A stretch of 64,000 bases of DNA from a virus (lineage: Duplodnaviria > Heunggongvirae > Uroviricota > Caudoviricetes), in the IMG/VR virus record IMGVR_UViG_3300046820_002180, positions 95,821 to 159,820 of that record; one strand, written 5' to 3'. Made by a program: the position numbers and the translations under genes. Below the pieces are notes generated by a model. It had not been told where the DNA came from. It made no database searches and was given only the letters and a program-made list of their open reading frames with translations. This document shows positions 1-9,042 of the stretch, piece after piece. Numbering within the stretch: the first letter of the stretch is position 1; every line of letters starts with the position of its first letter.

Positions 1-1167
1 AACCTTACAGTTATCGAAAGTTCAAAAATCGGTATTTTAGGTGCTGGCGAAGGAAGTACACCAAATTTTGGGTTAATGTTGAATCTATTAGATATAAATC
101 ACGAAGAGTTTTTTGAAGAAACAAAATCAACAATTAAAGAGGGTTTAAATTTTACAAATTGGACATTAGATAATAGACAACCAAAACATCTATTTAGTGA
201 TTTTAAAAACAAAAAAAATATTTATTCAAAAGCTTTTCATTTTGACGGTAGATTAGTAGGTCAATATTTTAAAAAAATATCAATTGAAAGAGGTGTTAAT
301 TTTATCGACGATGAGGTTGAAAGTATTGAAGAAAATAATAATAATATACACACCATAAAATTAAAAAATAGTAACGAAATTAATAAAATTGATTTTGTAT
401 TTGATTGCAGTGGATTTTCTCGAATTGTAATTGACAAAGTTTTTAATGAGAAATGGGTAAGTTATTCTGAATACCTTTCATTAAATAAAGCCATAGGTTA
501 TTTCTTACCTCAAAATAAACAATTTGAGTTTAAAGATAAAACATATACTGAATTAGTTTCAATGAATTCAGGATGGATGTGGCAAATCCCATTGCAACAT
601 AGATGGGGATGCGGATATGTATTTAACGATTCATTCATAAGCGTAGAAGATGCAAAAAAAGAGGTTGAAAAATACGTTGGAAGTGAAATTACAATTCAAA
701 AGGTGTTTGAATTTAAACCGGGTAGATTCGAAAGAAGTTGGATTGGTAATAGTATATCTATTGGTTTATCGTATGGTTTTTTAGAACCATTAGAGGCAAC
801 ATCACTAATGTCGACAATTATGCAATTAAAGAAATTAATAGATATTAATTTTGATGAAAATCATAGTGATTCATACAATGAATTCTGTAAAAATGTAATG
901 GAACAAAATATGTATTTTATAAGGTTTCATTATTTGTGTGAGAGATTTGACACTCCGTTTTGGAAAAAATCTTTTTCTATGCCTATACCTGAAAAATTAA
1001 AAAATATATTAGACCCTAATAATTTTATGTCTTTAAAAACTAATACTGAAATTTTAAAAGAATTGGACTTAAAAGAAATTACTTACGAAACAATTATATT
1101 TGGAGTATACAATTATTCTGTAATTTTTAATAAAAATAAAAGGGAGATAAATGTAAAATTACTGTAA
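1..1167 (+). CDS. Flavin-dependent halogenase-like protein (tryptophan halogenase family), 5' end lies outside window
   Basis: Reading frame is open from nt 1 (NLTVIESSKIGILGAGEGST... upstream of listed Met at 76); contains WxWxIP-type motif GWMWQIPL followed by RWGCGYVF as in flavin-dependent Trp halogenases. Confidence 0.5.
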   Translation, partial: NLTVIESSKIGILGAGEGSTPNFGLMLNLLDINHEEFFEETKSTIKEGLNFTNWTLDNRQPKHLFSDFKNKKNIYSKAFHFDGRLVGQYFKKISIERGVNFIDDEVESIEENNNNIHTIKLKNSNEINKIDFVFDCSGFSRIVIDKVFNEKWVSYSEYLSLNKAIGYFLPQNKQFEFKDKTYTELVSMNSGWMWQIPLQHRWGCGYVFNDSFISVEDAKKEVEKYVGSEITIQKVFEFKPGRFERSWIGNSISIGLSYGFLEPLEATSLMSTIMQLKKLIDINFDENHSDSYNEFCKNVMEQNMYFIRFHYLCERFDTPFWKKSFSMPIPEKLKNILDPNNFMSLKTNTEILKELDLKEITYETIIFGVYNYSVIFNKNKREINVKLL

Positions 1168-1168
1168 T

Positions 1169-1822
1169 ATGGAAAAGTTATATTTTGACGAAACCACATA
1201 TATTTGGAAAATTAAATTAAATAAGTTGTCCGATAAAGACACATTGTTAAAAGAAGCTAATTTTGTTATAGAATCCCAACCAGATGTGAAAACCGATGGA
1301 TTTGGTTATAAAAAAGAATGGAACGGGGACTTAAATTTTTTAGGTAAAATAGACATCAAAACAAAAATGGATGAAATCGTTCAAATAGGAATTGACCATT
1401 GTAAGGATTTATATAGAGAAAATGACGTACTGTATAATAAAATTAACACCGACGCCTGGGTTAATGTTGTTCGTTCCATCAACCCCGTTCAACTACAATT
1501 TAAACACGAAGAACTGAGAGGGGTTGATAAATTTCACGTACACACAGATATAAACAAAGAAATGAAATCATTCATACCTCATTATACTTATGTTTACTAT
1601 ATTCAAATGCCAGATGTTATGAATGGTGAGGATGGGGTACTTTATTTTAAGGGAAAAAATAATAAAGAGTATTGGATTAGACCCGAAGAGGATGATTTGA
1701 TTATTATGGTTGCAGATATGCCACATAGTCCAAATAACGCACCAAATTCAACCGTCGATAGAATTGTAATTGCCGGAAACGTTGGGTTTGATTATATAAA
1801 AAAAGAAAAATCTTTAATATAA
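1169..1822 (+). CDS. 2OG-Fe(II) oxygenase-like protein
   Basis: HxD...H arrangement (FHVHTD ... MPHSPN) in a ~200 aa beta-rich protein; start 2 nt after upstream stop. Confidence 0.4.
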   Translation: MEKLYFDETTYIWKIKLNKLSDKDTLLKEANFVIESQPDVKTDGFGYKKEWNGDLNFLGKIDIKTKMDEIVQIGIDHCKDLYRENDVLYNKINTDAWVNVVRSINPVQLQFKHEELRGVDKFHVHTDINKEMKSFIPHYTYVYYIQMPDVMNGEDGVLYFKGKNNKEYWIRPEEDDLIIMVADMPHSPNNAPNSTVDRIVIAGNVGFDYIKKEKSLI

Positions 1823-1823
1823 A

Positions 1824-2393
1824 ATGTTCACAAAATACATTGAAAATTTTTTAACTTCTGATGAGTGCAAGTCAATAATAAAATTGGGGGAATCAATTGG
1901 ATTAATTGAAATGAAGTCATCACTTATAGTGAATGGAAAAGTAATGACTCAGAATGTTGAATACGGTGGTAATAAACGAATGGGCACTTATTTTACTAAC
2001 CAAATATTAGATACACCAATATTGAAAAGTTTAACTGATAAAATTATCACCTTATCAAATGAATTAAATCCATATAATGGAATCACGTATAATCGAATAC
2101 ACAATTATTCATTTAATAGATATGGTGAAGGGGATTTTTTGGATTGGCACCCCGATAGTCACGAAATTATAAATGGTGCAACAATAACCTATATAATTCA
2201 ATTGAACGACCAATATGAGGATGGAAATGTAAAATATATTGTAAATGAAATTGAACATTCAGTACCTAAAAAAGAAGGTAGTGTTTTCATTTTTGATTCA
2301 AATATTGTACATTCAGTAAAAGAAATAACAAGTGGAATTAGATATTCCATAAACGTATGGCCCTCCAAAGTAATTAGAAAATCCTTAATATAA
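1824..2393 (+). CDS. Prolyl 4-hydroxylase-like 2OG-Fe(II) oxygenase
   Basis: WHPDSH (HxD), distal HSV His and RYSINVW Arg motif typical of P4H-like 2OG oxygenases. Confidence 0.5.
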   Translation: MFTKYIENFLTSDECKSIIKLGESIGLIEMKSSLIVNGKVMTQNVEYGGNKRMGTYFTNQILDTPILKSLTDKIITLSNELNPYNGITYNRIHNYSFNRYGEGDFLDWHPDSHEIINGATITYIIQLNDQYEDGNVKYIVNEIEHSVPKKEGSVFIFDSNIVHSVKEITSGIRYSINVWPSKVIRKSLI

Positions 2394-3184
2394 TGTTAGT
2401 TGAAAATAAGTTTTTTTATTTGAGTTTACCAAGATGTGCATCAACAGCTTTTCACTATTCTTGTTTGGTTAATGATGTTAGAGTTCAAACACATAATGGT
2501 GAGTGGGAGTTAGCAAATTCGGATATTGATTTTAAATCGGTAGATAAAAAAGACTTAATGAACTACATCTATCACGGACACGAATCCTTAATTGATTTAC
2601 AAGGTAAATTTGGTAGAAATTACCCAATTATTGCAGTTAAGAGACAAAGACACGAAAGATTTTACTCATTATATAAACACGTTCTATTTGATTTAAAAAG
2701 AATGGGGTTTTTTAAGATTCATAAAAAGTTCTCTAAACTATCGTTAGATGAATTGTTCTTTTTTACAAAAGAAGATGTTGCAACTAAAAAACAAAGATGG
2801 GATAAAATTTGTGAATTTTTAATAGATTTGAAATTGATTGATGAAAAAATAGATATCTCGATAACATCAAAATTTAAAAAGTCTGAAGAAGAGTACTTCA
2901 AATCAAACACCAAAGGGTATGCAGTTAATATGATTGATATTTTATTAACTCCGTTATCTAATTGGACAAATAACGACCAAACAATAATTTGGTTTGACTT
3001 TAACGAATTAGATAAATTGGAAGAATGGGTATCGAATATTTTAGAAAAACCATTTGAACTTCATTCGGTTAATTCGAGTAAACATATGGAATGTGTAGTA
3101 ACCTTAGATGATGATTTTATAAAAAAATACAATAGTATTTATGATTATTACGACCTACCAAAATTAACCAAGACTTTAATATGA
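2393..3184 (+). CDS. Sulfotransferase-like protein
   Basis: N-terminal LSLPRCASTAF resembles the 5'-PSB loop (PKSGTT) and RQRHERFYSLY resembles the 3'-PB motif of sulfotransferases; start overlaps upstream stop (TAATG). Confidence 0.35.
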   Translation: MLVENKFFYLSLPRCASTAFHYSCLVNDVRVQTHNGEWELANSDIDFKSVDKKDLMNYIYHGHESLIDLQGKFGRNYPIIAVKRQRHERFYSLYKHVLFDLKRMGFFKIHKKFSKLSLDELFFFTKEDVATKKQRWDKICEFLIDLKLIDEKIDISITSKFKKSEEEYFKSNTKGYAVNMIDILLTPLSNWTNNDQTIIWFDFNELDKLEEWVSNILEKPFELHSVNSSKHMECVVTLDDDFIKKYNSIYDYYDLPKLTKTLI

Positions 3185-3468
3185 TAGATTACAAAGAAAT
3201 TTTTGAAGCTTGGAAAACATCATTTAACCCAACCCCTAAACAAGAGGAATTAGCGGGGAAAAGATTAAATGTTTGTTTGGGTTGTGAATATAGAAAAGAA
3301 GTTTTAAAGGGCGTAAAATGGTCAGCTTATTGTGGTGATTGCGGATGTCCTCTAAACAAAAAAGTCTTCTCAAAGAATTTTAATCCTTGTACTAAGGGTT
3401 ATTGGGAAGAAGTGGATTCAGATTATATAACACCTGTTAAAAATAAGAATAAGAGTACTTTAATTTAA
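3181..3468 (+). CDS. Small Cys-rich protein (putative zinc-binding)
   Basis: CLGC...YCGDCGC...C spacing; ATGA overlap with upstream gene. Confidence 0.45.
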   Translation: MIDYKEIFEAWKTSFNPTPKQEELAGKRLNVCLGCEYRKEVLKGVKWSAYCGDCGCPLNKKVFSKNFNPCTKGYWEEVDSDYITPVKNKNKSTLI

Positions 3469-3498
3469 TATATACATATATAATAAAAAAATAAACAT

Positions 3499-3506
3499 TA
3501 TAAATA
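3499..3506 (+). promoter_or_regulatory. TATAAATA box (T4-type late promoter-like) upstream of the 3560 gene
   Basis: Exact TATAAATA octamer in a 91-nt AT-rich intergenic gap, about 54 nt upstream of the ATG. Confidence 0.2.
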
Positions 3507-3559
3507 TCCTTTTCTAATAATATTTTTATAGATATATTTATTGTAAGGAAACAAAATTT

Positions 3560-5050
3560 ATGAAAGCAACTATAATTGGTAGTGACTTACTACAAACGGG
3601 AGACTCGGTGAAGTTTTTGGAAATAAACACAAACACCACAATTTACAATGAGGGTGCGGATTTGCTTGATTATACCTCATTATTCACGATTTTAGTTAGT
3701 AACAACATCACCGAATTCTACTTAATATGGACAGAAGGGGATGCTTATAAACCCTTAACTGAACAGTATAGATTTAAGAAAATACTAGAAGAAAAGTGTC
3801 AAGAGAATAATATGTCATTTACTGAATTTATTGTACCGGTTGGTTCAGTAACAGTACCATATATTGAAGATGATACACACAAGTTCATATTAAGACAATC
3901 CTTTGATACCACTGCGTTGGTTGATGAGACATATTGTGCCGATAAATTTGAATTTTTCTCATTAATGAGTGGGTCAACATATGTACCAAATACATATTTC
4001 ACATCCACCTCGTTAAATTTAGACACACTTAGTGATGTGGACTACACAACTATAACAAATCCAAATGTCTTAGTAAAACCAAGAAACCCAAGTTATAATC
4101 CAATGGATTATCCTGCTCTGTATACTGTTACAGGAAATACAGAATTATCAGATATAAAAAATGGTTTAGAAGAAAATCATTTAGTTCAGGAATTCATATT
4201 TTCAGAAGATAACTTAGTTCAAGGTAGATACTCAATCATAAGAAGTATTGATATTATTTACGGACCCGATTTGGACATTATCCATATGGGTGGGTACACA
4301 CAATCCACTATTTTACCGTTAACATTTACAGAAGATGAATTTGTTACAGGAACTAATAAGTTAAATCAAAAAAGTAGATACAAATATATTACTAAGGAAT
4401 TAGGTAACTACGCAAAGAATGATTATCACACTGATGATGATAGTGTTATATTAAAATATGACGGAACATTATTAGATGTTGATACAATAGAATTGGGTGA
4501 TTATGTTCGTTCAATTGATTACGTAGATTTAAATGATAACCACGCAGCTAAATTTGAGCAAAGTAAGATTGAAACATTTGGGTGGGATAGTACAGTTGCA
4601 CAAGACAACTCAACATTAATTCAAACCGGAACCACATTAAATGCAATGGTGTCTGCTGCTGTTGATACGATTTACATCAGAATAACATTATCTGATGGTA
4701 GAACTTGGACCGACGCACCATCAGCAACTTATTATATTGAGGAGAAAGACTCAATTTCAACCAAATTCGAAAAAGTCAATAAAATGTATGTTGGTGACAA
4801 ATTGGTAATCACAGACGCGAATACCAATCTATTAACAACTGTTGAAATTACTGGTTTGGAAATGGAACACGCACAAAAAACCATTTACAGTTTGGACTTT
4901 GAATCTTCGGATTTATTCTTAGTCGACATTGGTGACGGTGATTTCAGTGTGATGCACAACACTTGTTGGTGTCCTTGGAACTATTGTGGACATTGGTGTA
5001 ATAGTTGGTACTGTCCTAGTTGTTCAAATACACCTTTACCGAAATTATAA
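3560..5050 (+). CDS. Hypothetical 496-aa protein with C-terminal Hint/intein-like domain followed by a 29-aa Cys/Trp-rich tail
   Basis: Long ORF after an intergenic gap. Residues ~296-467 show intein-like blocks: SVILKYDGTLLDVDTIELGDYV resembles block A with Ser1, and IYSLDFE...DFSVMHN resembles blocks F/G ending in His-Asn. The +1 residue is Thr and the tail is TCWCPWNYCGHWCNSWYCPSCSNTPLPKL. Confidence 0.6.
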   Translation: MKATIIGSDLLQTGDSVKFLEINTNTTIYNEGADLLDYTSLFTILVSNNITEFYLIWTEGDAYKPLTEQYRFKKILEEKCQENNMSFTEFIVPVGSVTVPYIEDDTHKFILRQSFDTTALVDETYCADKFEFFSLMSGSTYVPNTYFTSTSLNLDTLSDVDYTTITNPNVLVKPRNPSYNPMDYPALYTVTGNTELSDIKNGLEENHLVQEFIFSEDNLVQGRYSIIRSIDIIYGPDLDIIHMGGYTQSTILPLTFTEDEFVTGTNKLNQKSRYKYITKELGNYAKNDYHTDDDSVILKYDGTLLDVDTIELGDYVRSIDYVDLNDNHAAKFEQSKIETFGWDSTVAQDNSTLIQTGTTLNAMVSAAVDTIYIRITLSDGRTWTDAPSATYYIEEKDSISTKFEKVNKMYVGDKLVITDANTNLLTTVEITGLEMEHAQKTIYSLDFESSDLFLVDIGDGDFSVMHNTCWCPWNYCGHWCNSWYCPSCSNTPLPKL

Positions 5051-5062
5051 AATTAAAATATT

Positions 5063-5206
5063 ATGGCACAAAAAGAAAGAATAGAAAGACCTGCACAAAC
5101 AATTAAAGCAATTGTTGCACCCATTTCAAGTGAGTTAAAAACAAAAGTAGCAACAGCATTTCAAGCAGTTGTAACGGCTATTAAAGTTAAGCACTTGGGG
5201 GAATAA
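5063..5206 (+). CDS. Small 47-aa ORF (MAQKERIERPAQTIKAIVAPISSELKTKVATAFQAVVTAIKVKHLGE)
   Basis: ATG-initiated ORF filling the 167-nt gap between the 3560 and 5218 genes; below the ORF-track size cutoff. Confidence 0.2.
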   Translation: MAQKERIERPAQTIKAIVAPISSELKTKVATAFQAVVTAIKVKHLGE

Positions 5207-5217
5207 GATAATGTTTT

Positions 5218-6039
5218 ATGAAGTTATTCACATATGGAGATAGTTGGACTGAGGGTGTTGGGGGTAATGTTGATGAGGAATTAACAACAGAAATTCCTGA
5301 GGAAAGAACTAACATAAGACAAAAATATTGTTGGCCGAAACACTTATCGGAACTACTTGAATGTGAAGTTAAAAATAACGGAGTTGGTGGGTTCTCGAAC
5401 AACTCAATATTCAATACAGTTTGCAATCAATTAAAAAATGAAATCATCACTCAAGATGATTTTGTTGTTATTATGTGGTCCTCATCCTTAAGAGACCAAT
5501 TACCATTTTTTCCAAATGAGAATAGTTTTCATATTTGGGGTCAAAGATATAAGAGTAAGCAACATCTTTTCAAATATATTTTCGATGGTGTTAGTGGAGA
5601 TAATGTAAACTATAATAGGGCGGAAAAAAATTTTAGAGATTACTACATTAGTAATTTATTTAATGACGCATACTATGACATAGTTAATCAAAACTACATA
5701 CTACATTTACAATTTATGTTTAAGGAATTGGGAATTAGATATGTTTTTTGTGACGCATTTGACACTATGATTAATAAAAACATTGATGTTCTGGTTGATA
5801 AAACTCATTTGATTGAGGGTGAAAGATATTGGGGTTATATAGATAAAACAATGGCTAATTTATTAATCGATACAAATAGAAAAGATGTTTGGGAGGATAA
5901 TAATCGATGGGTAGATACTACCGCAGGTAAACACCCAAGTAACAATGGTTATAAATTAATTGCGGAAGAATTATATAAATTCATAAACGAAGGTGATTTA
6001 CTAACTAATAATAAAAAGAAAAATTCATATCTACTATGA
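5218..6039 (+). CDS. SGNH/GDSL-family hydrolase (paralog 1 of 8)
   Basis: N-terminal block I YGDSWTEG, block II NNGVGGFSNNSIF, C-terminal block V GKHPSNNGYKLIAEEL. Confidence 0.55.
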   Translation: MKLFTYGDSWTEGVGGNVDEELTTEIPEERTNIRQKYCWPKHLSELLECEVKNNGVGGFSNNSIFNTVCNQLKNEIITQDDFVVIMWSSSLRDQLPFFPNENSFHIWGQRYKSKQHLFKYIFDGVSGDNVNYNRAEKNFRDYYISNLFNDAYYDIVNQNYILHLQFMFKELGIRYVFCDAFDTMINKNIDVLVDKTHLIEGERYWGYIDKTMANLLIDTNRKDVWEDNNRWVDTTAGKHPSNNGYKLIAEELYKFINEGDLLTNNKKKNSYLL

Positions 6040-6602
6040 ATTATAACATAAACAATAATTTTTGTGATAGAGAAACCGCTAAAGATATAATTGATTTTTG
6101 TCTTGAGTTCGGTGAACCATTTTCATACAAACCAACTGAAAAATGGGATTGTAGAAGAATGTACGATTCCAATTTTAAAGAAAGAATTATTAATTTATTA
6201 ACAACCAATTACAAAAATGGAGAGTTTAAATTATGGTTTGATTACTCAACATTTAATTTAAAAAATTTCAACATTAGTTTAACATCGTATTATGATGGTA
6301 GGTATCTTAATCTACATAAAGATAAGTCGAGTGAATTAACTACAGTTATTGTTCTTTCTGACGATTTTGAAGGAGGTCAATTTGTGTTAACCCAAGATGA
6401 AAATCCACCATATGACTTTGAGACTTTGGGTGGTTTAACTTTATGTGATTTAAAATTGGGTGATAGTATTTCATTCAACGGTTCTGAAACATATCACGGA
6501 GTTCTGCCGGTAACTAAGGGAATAAGATATGCATTGAATGTATGGATGACCGAAACAGATTTTGATTATCCGAGGGTTAAAAGTAATAAAACATTACTAT
6601 GA
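6036..6602 (+). CDS. Prolyl 4-hydroxylase-like 2OG-Fe(II) oxygenase
   Basis: LHKD (HxD), YHGV His and RYALNVW motif; ATGA overlap with upstream gene. Confidence 0.5.
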   Translation: MNYNINNNFCDRETAKDIIDFCLEFGEPFSYKPTEKWDCRRMYDSNFKERIINLLTTNYKNGEFKLWFDYSTFNLKNFNISLTSYYDGRYLNLHKDKSSELTTVIVLSDDFEGGQFVLTQDENPPYDFETLGGLTLCDLKLGDSISFNGSETYHGVLPVTKGIRYALNVWMTETDFDYPRVKSNKTLL

Positions 6603-7096
6603 GTGTATTAATCATCTCCTTACCAAGAACGGGTTCTACTTCATTGTTACACAAAATAGCAAAAGAGAAGAATTTAAAACCTTTGTTTGAACCATTTGAT
6701 GGTACTGGTAGAGTTAATTATAATGGAGAAAAAAATGTTGTGGTTAAAACAATAATATGTCATCATCATAGTAATTTAGAATTGTCTAAAGAGTTTGATG
6801 AGGTTATATTACTAACAAGAAAAAATGTAATAGAGTGTACAGAATCACACGCATATCAAACATACTTTTCAAAAAAGAAAAACTATAATTCAAATACTCC
6901 ATATGTTTATGAAGAGGTTCCTTCAGAAATATACGAATTATGTTATAACGACATTATAAAATGGAATAAGGAAATTGGTGAATTATCTGTCAAACTTAAT
7001 GTTCCAATAACTTACTATGAGGATATTTTCGATTTCAATAATGAAGGTAGATTAAGAAAAGGTAATAGAGATAAAACAATTAAGAAATTAATTTAA
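6599..7096 (+). CDS. Sulfotransferase-like protein
   Basis: N-terminal ISLPRTGSTSLLHKI matches the PAPS 5'-phosphosulfate binding loop; LTRKNVIECTESHAYQTYF resembles the 3'-PB motif. Confidence 0.45.
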   Translation: MSVLIISLPRTGSTSLLHKIAKEKNLKPLFEPFDGTGRVNYNGEKNVVVKTIICHHHSNLELSKEFDEVILLTRKNVIECTESHAYQTYFSKKKNYNSNTPYVYEEVPSEIYELCYNDIIKWNKEIGELSVKLNVPITYYEDIFDFNNEGRLRKGNRDKTIKKLI

Positions 7097-7099
7097 CAT

Positions 7100-8344
7100 A
7101 TGAAAATATTCGTTCATCATTATTATACTGATATGTTATTTCAAAAGTTCTTTCATAATGTTGAGAACAAAGAAATGGTTGAAGTAGATAACACTAATGG
7201 AGCAATTAGGGATGTCACATTTGAGTACGGAGGAAAGAACTTTGAAGTGTCATTTAATCCTGAAATAAATGATGATGAGGGGATTCATATAATTGATTTC
7301 TTTGGTGCACTTAGACAAAGAGGTCAAGATACTAATTTTGAAAACACTGAACATAGAGGTTCGGATTCTTTTGCTATGATTGAAAGAATGGCTGACCTCA
7401 TTCAAGATAAAAAGAATTGGGTGGTTTGTTTGTTTAGAACTGAAAAGATATTCATTAAGAACGACAATACAAAAGTAAAGACAGACGGAACAATACAAAT
7501 TGAAGAAATTGAAAATCAAATTCTCAGGTTATCGAATCATTTTATATTAACTGATAATATTTTCACCAACAAAATAGTATTAAGTAAACACCCAAACTTG
7601 TACAATCCATTCACTAATATTATTTTTCAATGGAATGAAATGATTAGTATTAGGTGGTTCTATGATTATAAAAATGTTAGTGATGTTATAGTTCCAAAAT
7701 ATAAAATGGGCTATTCGGTTAGAGCACATAAACCACTTAGGGTTAAAATTGCCGAGGAGTTAACACAAATCGAAGACATCTTCGTTTCCCAAACAAATGT
7801 AATTGAAAAGGATTCAGTACAACCAAAGTATAGAAAAATTGAAGGTGCTTACTTAAATGATTACGATTCTGAAATTGATTTTCAGAACTTAAGGATATTA
7901 ACAAACATAACTGTAGGTCTTGACTTTTTCTTGAGGATTTTACCAATGTCTAAAATTCAAATATGTGATGAATCTTGGGCCCACAATTCCGCCAACTACC
8001 ATAGTCAATATCTAAGTGAAAAGTCGTTGGGTTTAATTTTAGCTAACGTTCCTTTTGTTTCCACTCACTCATATCCATACGATTGTATTATGGATTTGAT
8101 TGGAATTAGAAAACATCCTTTTTATGATGAGTCCAAACAATACCAAGGGAACGCTAAACTATTTGCGGATTTTGTGAGAACATTCATTAGTGATTTTGAT
8201 AACAATTATCAACTATGTAAGGATTGGATTAAAGAATGTCACGACATTTTTATTGATAGATTACATAAAGAAAATTCAATGTTGGATATGATAGTTAATG
8301 GAGTTATAACTAACGAACCCATACCAAAACGACCATTACTATAA
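7100..8344 (+). CDS. Hypothetical protein
   Basis: 414-aa ORF inside the coupled operon; no motif recognised. Confidence 0.5.
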   Translation: MKIFVHHYYTDMLFQKFFHNVENKEMVEVDNTNGAIRDVTFEYGGKNFEVSFNPEINDDEGIHIIDFFGALRQRGQDTNFENTEHRGSDSFAMIERMADLIQDKKNWVVCLFRTEKIFIKNDNTKVKTDGTIQIEEIENQILRLSNHFILTDNIFTNKIVLSKHPNLYNPFTNIIFQWNEMISIRWFYDYKNVSDVIVPKYKMGYSVRAHKPLRVKIAEELTQIEDIFVSQTNVIEKDSVQPKYRKIEGAYLNDYDSEIDFQNLRILTNITVGLDFFLRILPMSKIQICDESWAHNSANYHSQYLSEKSLGLILANVPFVSTHSYPYDCIMDLIGIRKHPFYDESKQYQGNAKLFADFVRTFISDFDNNYQLCKDWIKECHDIFIDRLHKENSMLDMIVNGVITNEPIPKRPLL

Positions 8345-9042
8345 TGAGAATAGTATTCACATATCTACCAACCAGACTTAAAGAGATTACTGAAATTTAC
8401 TTAAAGTATTCAATTCAAAGTTTGAATATACAAGGTGAAGTTCCTATAATATATTCCGATATTGATTATTTTAAAAATTTAAACTTAATATATGATTGGG
8501 TTGAATTGTCCTTACCGGATAGATACCGAAAACCAACAATATGGTCATATCCTAAATTAAAAGTTCTATCTGAAATTCAGTTCCCTTTTATACATTTGGA
8601 TAATGATTTAGTAGTTGGGGACATTAAAAAATTATTAGATATCATTAAAAAGGATAAACTAAATTTATGTTACAAACATCCTCTATCGAGTTCACAAATC
8701 GAGGACTTTACTGAACTACATAAACTATATTCAAATACCTCGTTAGATTATACCGAATTAAATAACACCTCAATAATTGCGTCTCGTAACTTTAGAAATG
8801 TGAATAAAGCATATTCCGAAGTTTTGGAAATTATTGAAGAAAACTACGATTTTTTTAATAAACGTTATCACGGAATACCACCAATAACCTTAAACCAACA
8901 ATATTTAAATTTATACTTTGATGATATAAATTACCTATATAAACATAACCCATCGTTTGGTGAGTTATCGATGAACGGAGTTTGTCACATTGCGGATAAA
9001 AATAAAGTTAGTCATTTCAATAGAAACAAGAATTTAATATGA
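8344..9042 (+). CDS. Hypothetical protein
   Basis: 232-aa ORF whose start overlaps the upstream stop (TAATG). Confidence 0.5.
   Translation: MRIVFTYLPTRLKEITEIYLKYSIQSLNIQGEVPIIYSDIDYFKNLNLIYDWVELSLPDRYRKPTIWSYPKLKVLSEIQFPFIHLDNDLVVGDIKKLLDIIKKDKLNLCYKHPLSSSQIEDFTELHKLYSNTSLDYTELNNTSIIASRNFRNVNKAYSEVLEIIEENYDFFNKRYHGIPPITLNQQYLNLYFDDINYLYKHNPSFGELSMNGVCHIADKNKVSHFNRNKNLI

Noticed and set aside
2719-2913. Minus-strand 64-aa ORF inside the 2393..3184 gene (also 3799..4026, 7250..7519, 7743..7946, 9863..10309, 12083..12391, 12446..12946, 13494..13751, 15690..15983, 17217..17405, 19419..19688, 20064..20282, 21486..21788)
   Set aside because: Entirely antisense to or embedded within longer, motif-supported ORFs in a genome with almost no non-coding space; low-complexity composition typical of shadow ORFs in AT-rich DNA.
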